Of a stretch of DNA of 64,000 nt, positions 19,642 through 27,445 are shown one piece after another. The translations under genes and the position numbers were made by a program. The stretch comes from Acidobacteriota bacterium (GTDB taxonomy: Bacteria > Acidobacteriota > UBA890 > WLXD01), in NCBI GenBank assembly GCA_963666215.2, contig CAXWPL010000005.1, positions 704,001 to 768,000 on the forward strand, written 5' to 3'. Each line of letters opens with the position of its first letter. Positions within the stretch are counted from its first letter, which is position 1. Below the pieces are notes generated by a model, which had not been told where the DNA came from, did no database searches, and was given only the letters and a program-made list of their open reading frames with translations.

Positions 19642-19939
19642 ATGGATGAGGCAGTCGAGTTAACACGGCTACTCAACGCCGCGCAGGCCGGCGACAACGC
19701 CGCCATGGACCAGGCTTTCGCCAACGTCTATCCGCGCTTGCAACGAATCTCTCGGGCGCGCCGGCGCGGCTGGGTGGGCGCGCCAACGCTCGACACGGCA
19801 CTGGTGCATGAGGCGTACCTGAAGCTGGCAAAAACGCGCGCCTTCCGCTTTCGAAGCCGAGGCCATTTCTTCGCGACGATCTCGAAAGCGATGAGGCACG
19901 CGCTGGTCAATTACGCAGAAGGACGCCGGGCGACCAAGC
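19642..19939 (+). pseudogene. ECF sigma factor (TIGR02999-like), truncated before region 4
   Basis: ELTRLL.A...GD..A.D..F..VY..L..I, TL.TALVHEAYLKL, R.HFFA....AMR..LV.YA..R.A.KR, then runs into IS481 end sequence. Confidence 0.85.
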
Positions 19940-19979
19940 GAAGTGAGCCCCGATGTGAACAACCTACTTAGAAAACACA
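19940..19979 (-). mobile_element. Solo 40-bp end of the IS481 element
   Basis: Identical to 11539-11578 and followed by ACTAGG (NCTAGN target). Confidence 0.95.
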
Positions 19980-20053
19980 ACTAGGGCGCTGACCTGATCG
20001 GTGATCTCGTGCAGGCCTTGGCCGCTCACATCCACCACCAAGCGTTCGAGCAT
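19980..20053 (-). pseudogene. yjbQ: 5' fragment of YjbQ/UPF0047 (secondary thiamine-phosphate synthase family), interrupted by IS481
   Basis: MLERLVVDVSGQGLHEITDQVSAL matches the YjbQ N-terminal (T/S)xGxGxxEITxxV pattern; ends at the CTAG target. Confidence 0.65.
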
Positions 20054-20268
20054 GGTCGGATTCTAGCCGCTCGGCTAGCAGGTAGCTGTCGGGCTCCTAC
20101 GCCGCGACCGCCTGCCGCCACAGGAGCTGCCCGCCGAGCGGACGTCGCATTCGGCCGCTATTGGCCGTACTTGGCCGCCGCCGTCCGTGCATGACGCCGT
20201 TGCTCGCACTAGAATGCTGCCCAGTGCTCCGACATCAAGAGCCTGGGGTCCAGAGTCAGGAGAAGCTC

Positions 20269-20703
20269 ATGAGGTCCATCGTCGTTTCACTCACAGCGCT
20301 CGCCGCACTCGTGACGCTCGCCGGTATGCCAGCGGTGGCCGAAGCGTACGGTGAGAAGCGCTTCGCACCCCGACGCACGCACCGCTACGCGTACGGCGGC
20401 TACGGCTACGGATACGGTGGGTCGAGATACGGTTATGCTCGGGCATCTTCGTATGGCGCCTATCGCTATTCTCGGCCGTCAATCGGTTACTCGCGCTACT
20501 CGTACGGCAATCGCTATCCAAGCGTGCGTAGTCCTGTCTACTCGGGCCGTCCGTCGCCCTACCGCACGTACGCCTACCGCAGCTCCCTGTACGGCTCCTA
20601 TGGGTATGGCAACACGAGGTATCGGACCTACAGGACCTATGGGACCTACGGGGCGCCGCGCAGGGTTGTAAGCCCGTACTACGGCTACAGACGGCTGCGC
20701 TGA
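20269..20703 (+). CDS. Secreted Tyr/Gly/Ser/Arg-rich low-complexity protein
   Basis: AGGAG RBS; signal peptide ending AEA; 29 Tyr in about 118 mature residues. Confidence 0.7.
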   Translation: MRSIVVSLTALAALVTLAGMPAVAEAYGEKRFAPRRTHRYAYGGYGYGYGGSRYGYARASSYGAYRYSRPSIGYSRYSYGNRYPSVRSPVYSGRPSPYRTYAYRSSLYGSYGYGNTRYRTYRTYGTYGAPRRVVSPYYGYRRLR

Positions 20704-20745
20704 GGGCGAGCTTTTCTTCGGGCAGCACGTGAGCGGTGTGCGAAG

Positions 20746-21156
20746 TTGGGCAACGTGAATCTAGCCCTACGCGTGCTGCCAGGTCGGTTTGCGGTCTGCC
20801 GCGTGGCAGGAGGCCTGGCGACAACGTGGCCAGCGTCGCTGGCGGCGGCAAGCGCGCTTTGGTCGATCACGAAGACCGACGACGAGGTCTCGCTCGTGTG
20901 CGACTGGGCCGCGGCGCCCACGGAGGCGCGCGTGGAGGGACCGTTCGCAGCACTGCGCGTGGAAGGAACGCTCGACTTCGCCCTCGTCGGCATTCTTTCG
21001 CGCCTTTGTGGTGCGCTCGCCGAAGCGGGGGTCAGCGTCTTCGCCCTTTCGACGTTCGATACCGATTACCTGCTGGTTCGCGAAGCTCAACGCTCGAGCG
21101 CCATCGAGGCGCTACGCGGCACCGGCTGTTCCGTGGCGATACCAGCACGCCAGTAG
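20746..21156 (+). CDS. ACT domain-containing protein (ACT_7 type)
   Basis: SIT.T.DEVSLVC, LRVEGTLDFALVGILS, LAEAGVSVFALSTFDTDYLLV. Confidence 0.9.
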   Translation: MGNVNLALRVLPGRFAVCRVAGGLATTWPASLAAASALWSITKTDDEVSLVCDWAAAPTEARVEGPFAALRVEGTLDFALVGILSRLCGALAEAGVSVFALSTFDTDYLLVREAQRSSAIEALRGTGCSVAIPARQ

Positions 21157-21163
21157 GGCCCGG

Positions 21164-21421
21164 CTATCCGTCGACGTCCGCTTCGCGATCTGGCGCCTTC
21201 TGGAGCGGGTAACCCGCGTCGCGGTTGCGCTGCCGTGCGTCATCACCGCAGCGCGGACACACGGCCACCACGTCTCTCTCGGTGATCCACAGCTCGTGTT
21301 CTGCGAGCCACTCGTGTTCCCCGAAGCCCTTCTTGCAGAGTGGGCAGGGAATCCAATGCTTGCCGCGAATCCAGGAATAGGCTCGATGCAGCAGCCTCGG
21401 CCGGTAAGGCATGGCGCTCAT
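21164..21421 (-). CDS. Small hypothetical protein with two CxxC motifs (zinc-ribbon-like)
   Basis: CPLC...CPRC; fills the gap between two genes. Confidence 0.45.
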   Translation of the reverse strand: MSAMPYRPRLLHRAYSWIRGKHWIPCPLCKKGFGEHEWLAEHELWITERDVVAVCPRCGDDARQRNRDAGYPLQKAPDREADVDG

Positions 21422-21495
21422 TGGGGGAAGGCGCACGGGAAAACCCGAGATACACCATCCTATAGTCCAAGTGCGGCCGCCGGTACAGGCACGAG

Positions 21496-22107
21496 CTAGT
21501 TGGTGCCAGAGCCCTCGCCGGCCCCGCCGCTGTCGTCGCCCCAGCCACAGCCGTCACCAGGTTGCCAAAGGGGCTCGGGTGTCGAGCTCGCCTGGTTCTC
21601 GAAGCGGGCCATCACGAACAAGGCGTCGGACAGACGATTTAGATACGCCAGCGCGGCGCCGACGTCAGCCTCAGCCGCCAGCAGCACGAGATCGCGCTCC
21701 GCACGCCGACAGACGGTACGAGCAACATGCAGCGCCGCGGCCCCGGCCGAGCCTCCGGGGAGCACGAAGTTTTCGAGCGGCTGCAGCTCCGCATTGAGTC
21801 GATCGATCAGTCGCTCGAGCTCGGCCACGTGCGTGTTCTCGATACGCGGCACCTCGAACTCAACGCTCACCTCGCGTGGAGTGGCCACGTCGGCCCCCAA
21901 ATCGAACAGCTGATTCTGCAGGTGGAGCACCGCTCGCTGCAAGACGGGACACAGCTCGATGGTAGCCGCCACGCCAAGCTGGGCGTTGAGCTCGTCGACG
22001 GTACCGTAGGCGGCAACGCGCGAACAGTTCTTCGCCACCTGTTCGCCGTGAGCCAAGCGCGTCGTGCCGTCGTCACCTGTACGTGTGTAGATTCGCGTTA
22101 ACCGCAC
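21496..22107 (-). CDS. ATP:cob(I)alamin adenosyltransferase, PduO type
   Basis: IYTRTGDDGTT, YGTVDELNA, QNQLFDLGAD, FVLPGG, LHVARTVCRRAER, YLNRLSD.LF. Confidence 0.95.
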   Translation of the reverse strand: MRLTRIYTRTGDDGTTRLAHGEQVAKNCSRVAAYGTVDELNAQLGVAATIELCPVLQRAVLHLQNQLFDLGADVATPREVSVEFEVPRIENTHVAELERLIDRLNAELQPLENFVLPGGSAGAAALHVARTVCRRAERDLVLLAAEADVGAALAYLNRLSDALFVMARFENQASSTPEPLWQPGDGCGWGDDSGGAGEGSGTN

Positions 22108-22417
22108 GGTCCACTCCCTCGATAGCGCGTGCCCCGCTAGCCGCATTCGGTCCGCGCGCTCTGTCACTTCCGTCGAACCCGTCCGATCGTACCAAGAAGA
22201 TAGGCGACGGAGAGGCTGCCGGGTGTTGCCGCGACTCAGCTGCTGCGGTTCGCGAGTCGAGCGCCGCGGCCACCACCAGCACGATCGCCGCCGCGACCAA
22301 GACAATGGCCCCAACCACCAGCGCGGCGGCGGTGAGTCTTACGCGTCGCTCAACCACCTCCGTGCGCCGCATCAACTCGGGGATACTCGCGCGAACCTCC
22401 TCCCATCGCTTCCGCAT
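22073..22417 (-). CDS. Small membrane protein, hypothetical
   Basis: GAGGA RBS, one long hydrophobic helix; overlaps the next gene by 35 nt. Confidence 0.4.
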   Translation of the reverse strand: MRKRWEEVRASIPELMRRTEVVERRVRLTAAALVVGAIVLVAAAIVLVVAAALDSRTAAAESRQHPAASPSPIFLVRSDGFDGSDRARGPNAASGARAIEGVDRAVNANLHTYR

Positions 22418-22516
22418 GTCCTCGCCTCTGGAACCGCCGTCGTACGTTTGCTGTTATCACCAGTTGTGCCTCTCCCCGCGCTTTCATTCGCGTCGATCGC
22501 GACTATCTTTAGCCGC

Positions 22517-23467
22517 ATGGCTTGCACTCAGGGACAAACCACGCCGCCAAGATCAGCAACCCTGCGACTCGCACGCACCACGTTTTGCGGCGTACTGCTG
22601 GTGGGCCTGCCGACGGTCGGCCACATCACCGAGGCCAGCGGGACTGCCCAGGCTCGGATTCCGAGCGCGATGGCGCCGGTTGGACCCTTCGTCAACGTCG
22701 CGCACGATCTGGGTCTGCGCACGCCCAACGCCAGCGGAGGACTCGAGAAGCGCTACCTGGTGGAAACCCCGGGCACGGGGGCGGCCTGGATCGACTTCGA
22801 TCGCGACGGACGCATTGACCTCTTCCTGCCGAATGGGCATGGCGGACGCTATGTCGACTACGAGGACGGCAGCTCGCGGCTTCGAGTCGATCGACGCCCG
22901 CCCGACGAGCTCTATCGACAGAGCGTCGAGCGAGGCTTCGAGGAGGTCGGGCTGGACGCTGGCGTCGCGGCAACCGGCTGGGCGGCGGGCGCAACCACCG
23001 GCGACATCGACAACGACGGCTGGCCGGATCTCTACGTCACGCAGCTCGGCTCCAACGTGCTGTATCGCAACAATGGCGACGGCAGCTTCTCCGACATCAC
23101 CGACGCCGCCCGAGCCGACGACGCTCGATGGAGCAATTCTGCCGCGTTCGCCGACCTCGATGGCAACGGCTTCTTCGACCTCTATGTGACCAACTATGTG
23201 CGCTTCGACCTCGACGATCCGCCGTTCGACGGCAAGGACATCTGTACGTTCAACGGCGTCAGCGGCAGCTGCGGGCCGGTGATGTTCGAGCACGACAGCG
23301 ACCTGTTGCTCTGGGGTGGCGTCGAGGACCCCGGGGCTGGTATCCGCTTCCGCAGGCAGGATCAGCGCGAGATCCTCAACGCCGCCTACGCCGGCCTCGG
23401 TGTGATGCCCATCGACATCGAGCGTTGGTTTTTCGCGGCACACACTGGCCGCGATTCAATTATTTGA
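22517..23467 (+). pseudogene. FG-GAP/CRTAC1-family protein, 3'-truncated
   Basis: DFDRDGRIDL, DIDNDGWPDLYV, LYRNNGDGSF, DLDGNGFFDLYVTNY; similarity breaks at GLGVMPIDIE (about 23422); no ASPIC/UnbV domain. Confidence 0.75.
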
Positions 23468-23500
23468 ACGGCGGTTTCAAAACGCCGAAGAGTGCCCGTC

Positions 23501-23872
23501 TCAAAGCTGCAGCCGTTGTGCCAAGCCATAGAAGGTTGTGGGTTTCAGACCCAAGAGCGCGGCCGCTCTTGCCCGGTTACCACCGGTTTGCGCAAGAGCC
23601 GCGCGAACCAATCCACGCCGTACATCGTCGAGAGTTTCAGCGAGCGGTGCGCCGGGGCGCACCACGAACAGTTGCACATCGCCCAGGGCCACCGCCGCGC
23701 GCACCGTCAGGTGGACGGTCGCGTCGGCGCGAAGGTCGTGCGAACACTCGGGGCAGCGGACGCCGGCGATGGCCGGCAGGAGCAGATCGCCGCGGACCTG
23801 CTCCTCGATGTCAGCGCTGCCACCGCCCGTATCCGCGTCGAGGGCGCCATCCTCTGGGGGGATGCCAGGCAC
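23501..23872 (-). CDS. Small Fis-type HTH protein with a CxxC motif
   Basis: AAGGAGG RBS; CPEC; LVRAALAQTGGNRARAAALLGLKPTTFY HTH_8 signature; no AAA+ domain. Confidence 0.75.
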   Translation of the reverse strand: MPGIPPEDGALDADTGGGSADIEEQVRGDLLLPAIAGVRCPECSHDLRADATVHLTVRAAVALGDVQLFVVRPGAPLAETLDDVRRGLVRAALAQTGGNRARAAALLGLKPTTFYGLAQRLQL

Positions 23873-23875
23873 GCG

Positions 23876-25021
23876 CTACTCCTCCTTCGTCACCCTCGCC
23901 GCCTGCTCGGGCCGCGCGAGTGAGATCACGAACGGGTTCTGCCGCTGCCGCTCCCGGAACACCTCGCGGCTATCGAGCCCGACCCAGCCCTCTTCGATCA
24001 GCACCTGTGCGACCGCCACGCCGAGTGAGTCGCCCGGGCCGAGCAACACCAACCGGTCTGGAGCATACTCGCGGATGGCGGTTCGTACGACGGCAGTAAA
24101 GTCGAACGGCTCGGTGACCTGCGTCGACAGCGTGTAGTCGTAGAGTTCGTCCGGGTCGGCGATCCGCGGCCTCCACTGCACGCCACGACCGTCAATGAGA
24201 GGCACCTCGGGCGAGCGCCAGGGCAACTCGCTCAGCTCCTTCAGCCCGAGAGAAGCCGCCGGGTGCATGATCGGCGAGTGGAACGCCGCGTTGCCGGCAA
24301 GTCGCAACGGATAGTCGTTCGATCCGAGCGTTACCGTGGGCAACGAGCCGATCAACGCCGCCCGCCCCTCGGCGCTCGACCAGAGCACGCGGAAGCCGCC
24401 GAAGCGAATCGAGTCGCCTCGCGAAAGACCGGGGGAAGCGCCAGGCTCCGCTCGCCGACCGAGAGCAGCCTCCACCGCGGCCGTGCGCTCAGGGTCGTCG
24501 CGCCAATCCTCTCCAACGGTCGGATAAACAACCTGCGCTCCGCCACAATCCTCTGTGGCCTCCGCCATCGTGGCCACCAACCGCATCGTGGCGCCGGCGT
24601 CGAGGACTCCGGCGCAGCAGAGGGCGGTGTACCAGCCCATGCTGTTGCCACCAATGGCGACAACATCAACGCGTTCGCGATCGAGCCCCAGATAGTCCTG
24701 CGCCGTGCACGCAAAAATCACCGGAGCGATATTCGGACCGCGCAGGAAGCGGCTGCGGAAGTTCCAGGCGCCATCGAGCTCACGCACGCCTAGCCAGCGA
24801 CTGCCGTCGTGCGAGCGTTGGCTGTCGAAAGAACTCACAGCGTCCGACAGCTCCCGCAGAGCTCCGGTGCCTGGTTCGTCGAGCGCCGCCAGCGAGCCCA
24901 GGTCGTTGGCTCCATAGCTTCCCCTCCCGGGGCACAGCACCACCACGCGCTCGCGCGTCGATCCATTCGGGCGTTCGACGCCGGGCCGCCGTCCATCCGG
25001 AGCTTCCTCGGTGCGACTCAT
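23876..25021 (-). CDS. FabD-fold acyltransferase (atypical ACP S-malonyltransferase-like)
   Basis: CPGRGSY, GNSMG nucleophile motif, AAFHSP, YTL..QV.EPFDF, LGPG; ATGA overlap with upstream E1. Confidence 0.85.
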   Translation of the reverse strand: MSRTEEAPDGRRPGVERPNGSTRERVVVLCPGRGSYGANDLGSLAALDEPGTGALRELSDAVSSFDSQRSHDGSRWLGVRELDGAWNFRSRFLRGPNIAPVIFACTAQDYLGLDRERVDVVAIGGNSMGWYTALCCAGVLDAGATMRLVATMAEATEDCGGAQVVYPTVGEDWRDDPERTAAVEAALGRRAEPGASPGLSRGDSIRFGGFRVLWSSAEGRAALIGSLPTVTLGSNDYPLRLAGNAAFHSPIMHPAASLGLKELSELPWRSPEVPLIDGRGVQWRPRIADPDELYDYTLSTQVTEPFDFTAVVRTAIREYAPDRLVLLGPGDSLGVAVAQVLIEEGWVGLDSREVFRERQRQNPFVISLARPEQAARVTKEE

Positions 25022-27420
25022 GCGCGCGCCGGCGCCGCGGCGTACCGGTGGCGGACGAGCTGCAGGGCGCGCTCGACGATTCGGTCCTCCGACGGCAGCA
25101 GCTGCTCCCACGACGGACCGAGTGTCACGAAGCTGTCTTCAGCACAGACGCGCGCCAGGTTAGGCGCGCCACGACCCTCGCCCGGATCGTCCGGGTCGTC
25201 GTGCGGACTCAGTCCCTCGACGATCGCGGTAACGACCGCCTCGCTGAGCCCGCCGGTTCGACGTCCCTCATCCACAACCAAAACGGATCCGGCGCGTCGC
25301 GACTGCGTTATCAAGGTCTCGAGGTCGAGCGGTTGCAACCAGCGCAAATCCACGACGCGCACGCGCAGGTCGTTGTCCCGCTCGAGGCGACGCGCGGCGC
25401 GCAACGATCGCCACAGGCCGTTGCCCCAGCTGACAATCAGCAGGTCACACGTGCTCGTCGGCGGCGACCTGTCGTGGCGTTCCGATCCGTCGAGTCCAAC
25501 GCCACCCGGCTCGTACACCCGCGCCTTCGAGAACGGCGCGGCTGCAGTACGCCCTCCGGGCGCGGGGAACTTGGTCATCCATAGACCGTCTCCGCTGTCG
25601 TACAGGTCGCGGACGAGGTACAGCGCGATCGGCTCCAGAAATAACACCACCCGGCCGTCGACTCGAGCGAGCGCCATGCAGGTGCGCAGCATCCCAACCG
25701 CATCGTCGCCGCGGCTCGGGCAGGCGACGATGACGCCCGGGATGTCGCGCAGCGCGGCGATCGCGTTGTCGTTGTGGAAATGGCCGCCGAAGCCTCGCTG
25801 GTACCCCCAGGAGGCGATCCGCACGACCATGGGGTTGCGAAACTGGCCCTTCGAGAAGAACTGCAGCGTCGCGGCCTCGCCGCGGATCTGGTCGATTGCG
25901 TTGTGCAGGTAGGCGAGATACTGGATCTCGGGAACCGGCAGCATGCCCAGCTGGCCGGCGCCCAGCGCCATACCGAGAATGCTTTGCTCGTCGAGCAGAG
26001 TGTCGAACACACGTTGATCACCCGCCGCGGCTTGCAGCTCGTCGGTGATGCCGTACACGCCGCCGCGACGACCGACGTCCTCCCCGAAGGCCAACATCTC
26101 TGGATACTTGGCCAGAAGATCGCGAAGGCCCCAGTTGATCAGCCTGCCCAGACGCTCAGGGCCGCGCTGCTCCGGCAGTGATCTGCCCACCGCGGCACGA
26201 CTCTCGCCTGGCGAGTGGTCGACGAAGAACATGGCTTCGCGCTCGTCTCGATAGTCTCCGCGGCTGGACTCCGCGGCAACCGCATCAACGCTGAGCGGTG
26301 CGAGTGGCTCGACAATCTCCGACACACTGCGCAGATGAGGCCGCGACGCGGCTTCGCGCTCGGCCGCCTCCACGCGCTGACCGATTTCCTCGTAGCAACG
26401 CAGCAAAAAGGCGGCCGACGCGACCCCCGAGTCGATCGCGATCTCGCACGAGCGCCGCAGCGGATCGCGTGCCTCCGTCGCCTTGATCTCCTCCGACGTT
26501 CGGTAGGAAAGCTCGATGTCGTTGCCAGCGTGACCAAGAAGCCTCTCGAGGTCGAGTCGAAGCAACGCCGGCACCCGCTGCGAACGGCAGACGTTGGCCG
26601 CCTGCAGGGTGACCTCGAACGTCTCGACCAGATCGAGGCCATCGGCCTCGAAATAGCTCAGTCCAGGCCGGCTTCCCCACGCCTCTCGGACCCACCCCTC
26701 CGGCGTTTGTACCGAGATTCCGATGCCGTTGTCTTCACAGACGAACAGAATCGGCATCGGCCAACCCCGACGCAACGCCCACAGTGCAGCGTTGATCGCG
26801 CCGACGCTGGTTGAATGATTGATCGACGCGTCGCCCAGCGAACAGACGACGATAGCGTCCGACGGCACCGGCATCGGCAACCCGAGAACGCCACCACGGT
26901 CGATCGCGAATGCCATGCCCATCGCCTTGGGCAGATGCGACGCAATCGTGCTCGTCTGCGGCAGGATCCACATCGCACGACTACCGAACACCTTGTGCCG
27001 GCCGCCGGAAATCGGATCGTCGGCTGCGGCGCACAGCGACAGCAGAACATCGAAGATCGGTGTTTGACCTTCCAGCTGACGCGCGCGGGCCGCGAAGAAG
27101 CCGCCCGAACGGTAGTGCAAGAACGCTGGATCATCGGGCCGCAGCGCCGCCGCAACCGCGGCATTGCCCTCATGACCGGCGCTGCCGATCGTGTAGAAAC
27201 CCGTGCCGGCGCGCTTGAGCCGGCGGGCCGCCAAGTCGAGATGTCGCGCTTGAAACTGACACTCGATCAGCTCGAGGAGCGCGCGTCCGCTCAATCGCGA
27301 GCCCGGCCGAACAGCCTCGGCAAGATCTGCCTCTGACACTACAGGGTCACCTGACTCCACGCGAGCCGCCAGCTCGTCCCGCAAGTTACGGTCGATGGTC
27401 GGAGTCTGTGAGCTGCTCAT
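25018..27420 (-). CDS. Fused 2-oxoacid dehydrogenase E1 alpha+beta (TPP-dependent)
   Basis: FYTIGSAGHE, LHYRS, GDASIN...CEDN, FGEDVG..GGVY, RVFDTLLDEQ, EIQYLAY, GGHFHN, VVDLRWL.PLD. Confidence 0.93.
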   Translation of the reverse strand: MSSSQTPTIDRNLRDELAARVESGDPVVSEADLAEAVRPGSRLSGRALLELIECQFQARHLDLAARRLKRAGTGFYTIGSAGHEGNAAVAAALRPDDPAFLHYRSGGFFAARARQLEGQTPIFDVLLSLCAAADDPISGGRHKVFGSRAMWILPQTSTIASHLPKAMGMAFAIDRGGVLGLPMPVPSDAIVVCSLGDASINHSTSVGAINAALWALRRGWPMPILFVCEDNGIGISVQTPEGWVREAWGSRPGLSYFEADGLDLVETFEVTLQAANVCRSQRVPALLRLDLERLLGHAGNDIELSYRTSEEIKATEARDPLRRSCEIAIDSGVASAAFLLRCYEEIGQRVEAAEREAASRPHLRSVSEIVEPLAPLSVDAVAAESSRGDYRDEREAMFFVDHSPGESRAAVGRSLPEQRGPERLGRLINWGLRDLLAKYPEMLAFGEDVGRRGGVYGITDELQAAAGDQRVFDTLLDEQSILGMALGAGQLGMLPVPEIQYLAYLHNAIDQIRGEAATLQFFSKGQFRNPMVVRIASWGYQRGFGGHFHNDNAIAALRDIPGVIVACPSRGDDAVGMLRTCMALARVDGRVVLFLEPIALYLVRDLYDSGDGLWMTKFPAPGGRTAAAPFSKARVYEPGGVGLDGSERHDRSPPTSTCDLLIVSWGNGLWRSLRAARRLERDNDLRVRVVDLRWLQPLDLETLITQSRRAGSVLVVDEGRRTGGLSEAVVTAIVEGLSPHDDPDDPGEGRGAPNLARVCAEDSFVTLGPSWEQLLPSEDRIVERALQLVRHRYAAAPARA

Positions 27421-27445
27421 GGAGTAAGCGCCGGGTTGAAGCCGG

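Noticed and set aside
19669-19980. ORF starting MCFLSRLFTSGLTS as a second transposase
   Set aside because: Only the shared IS terminal sequence; the rest is antisense to the ECF gene
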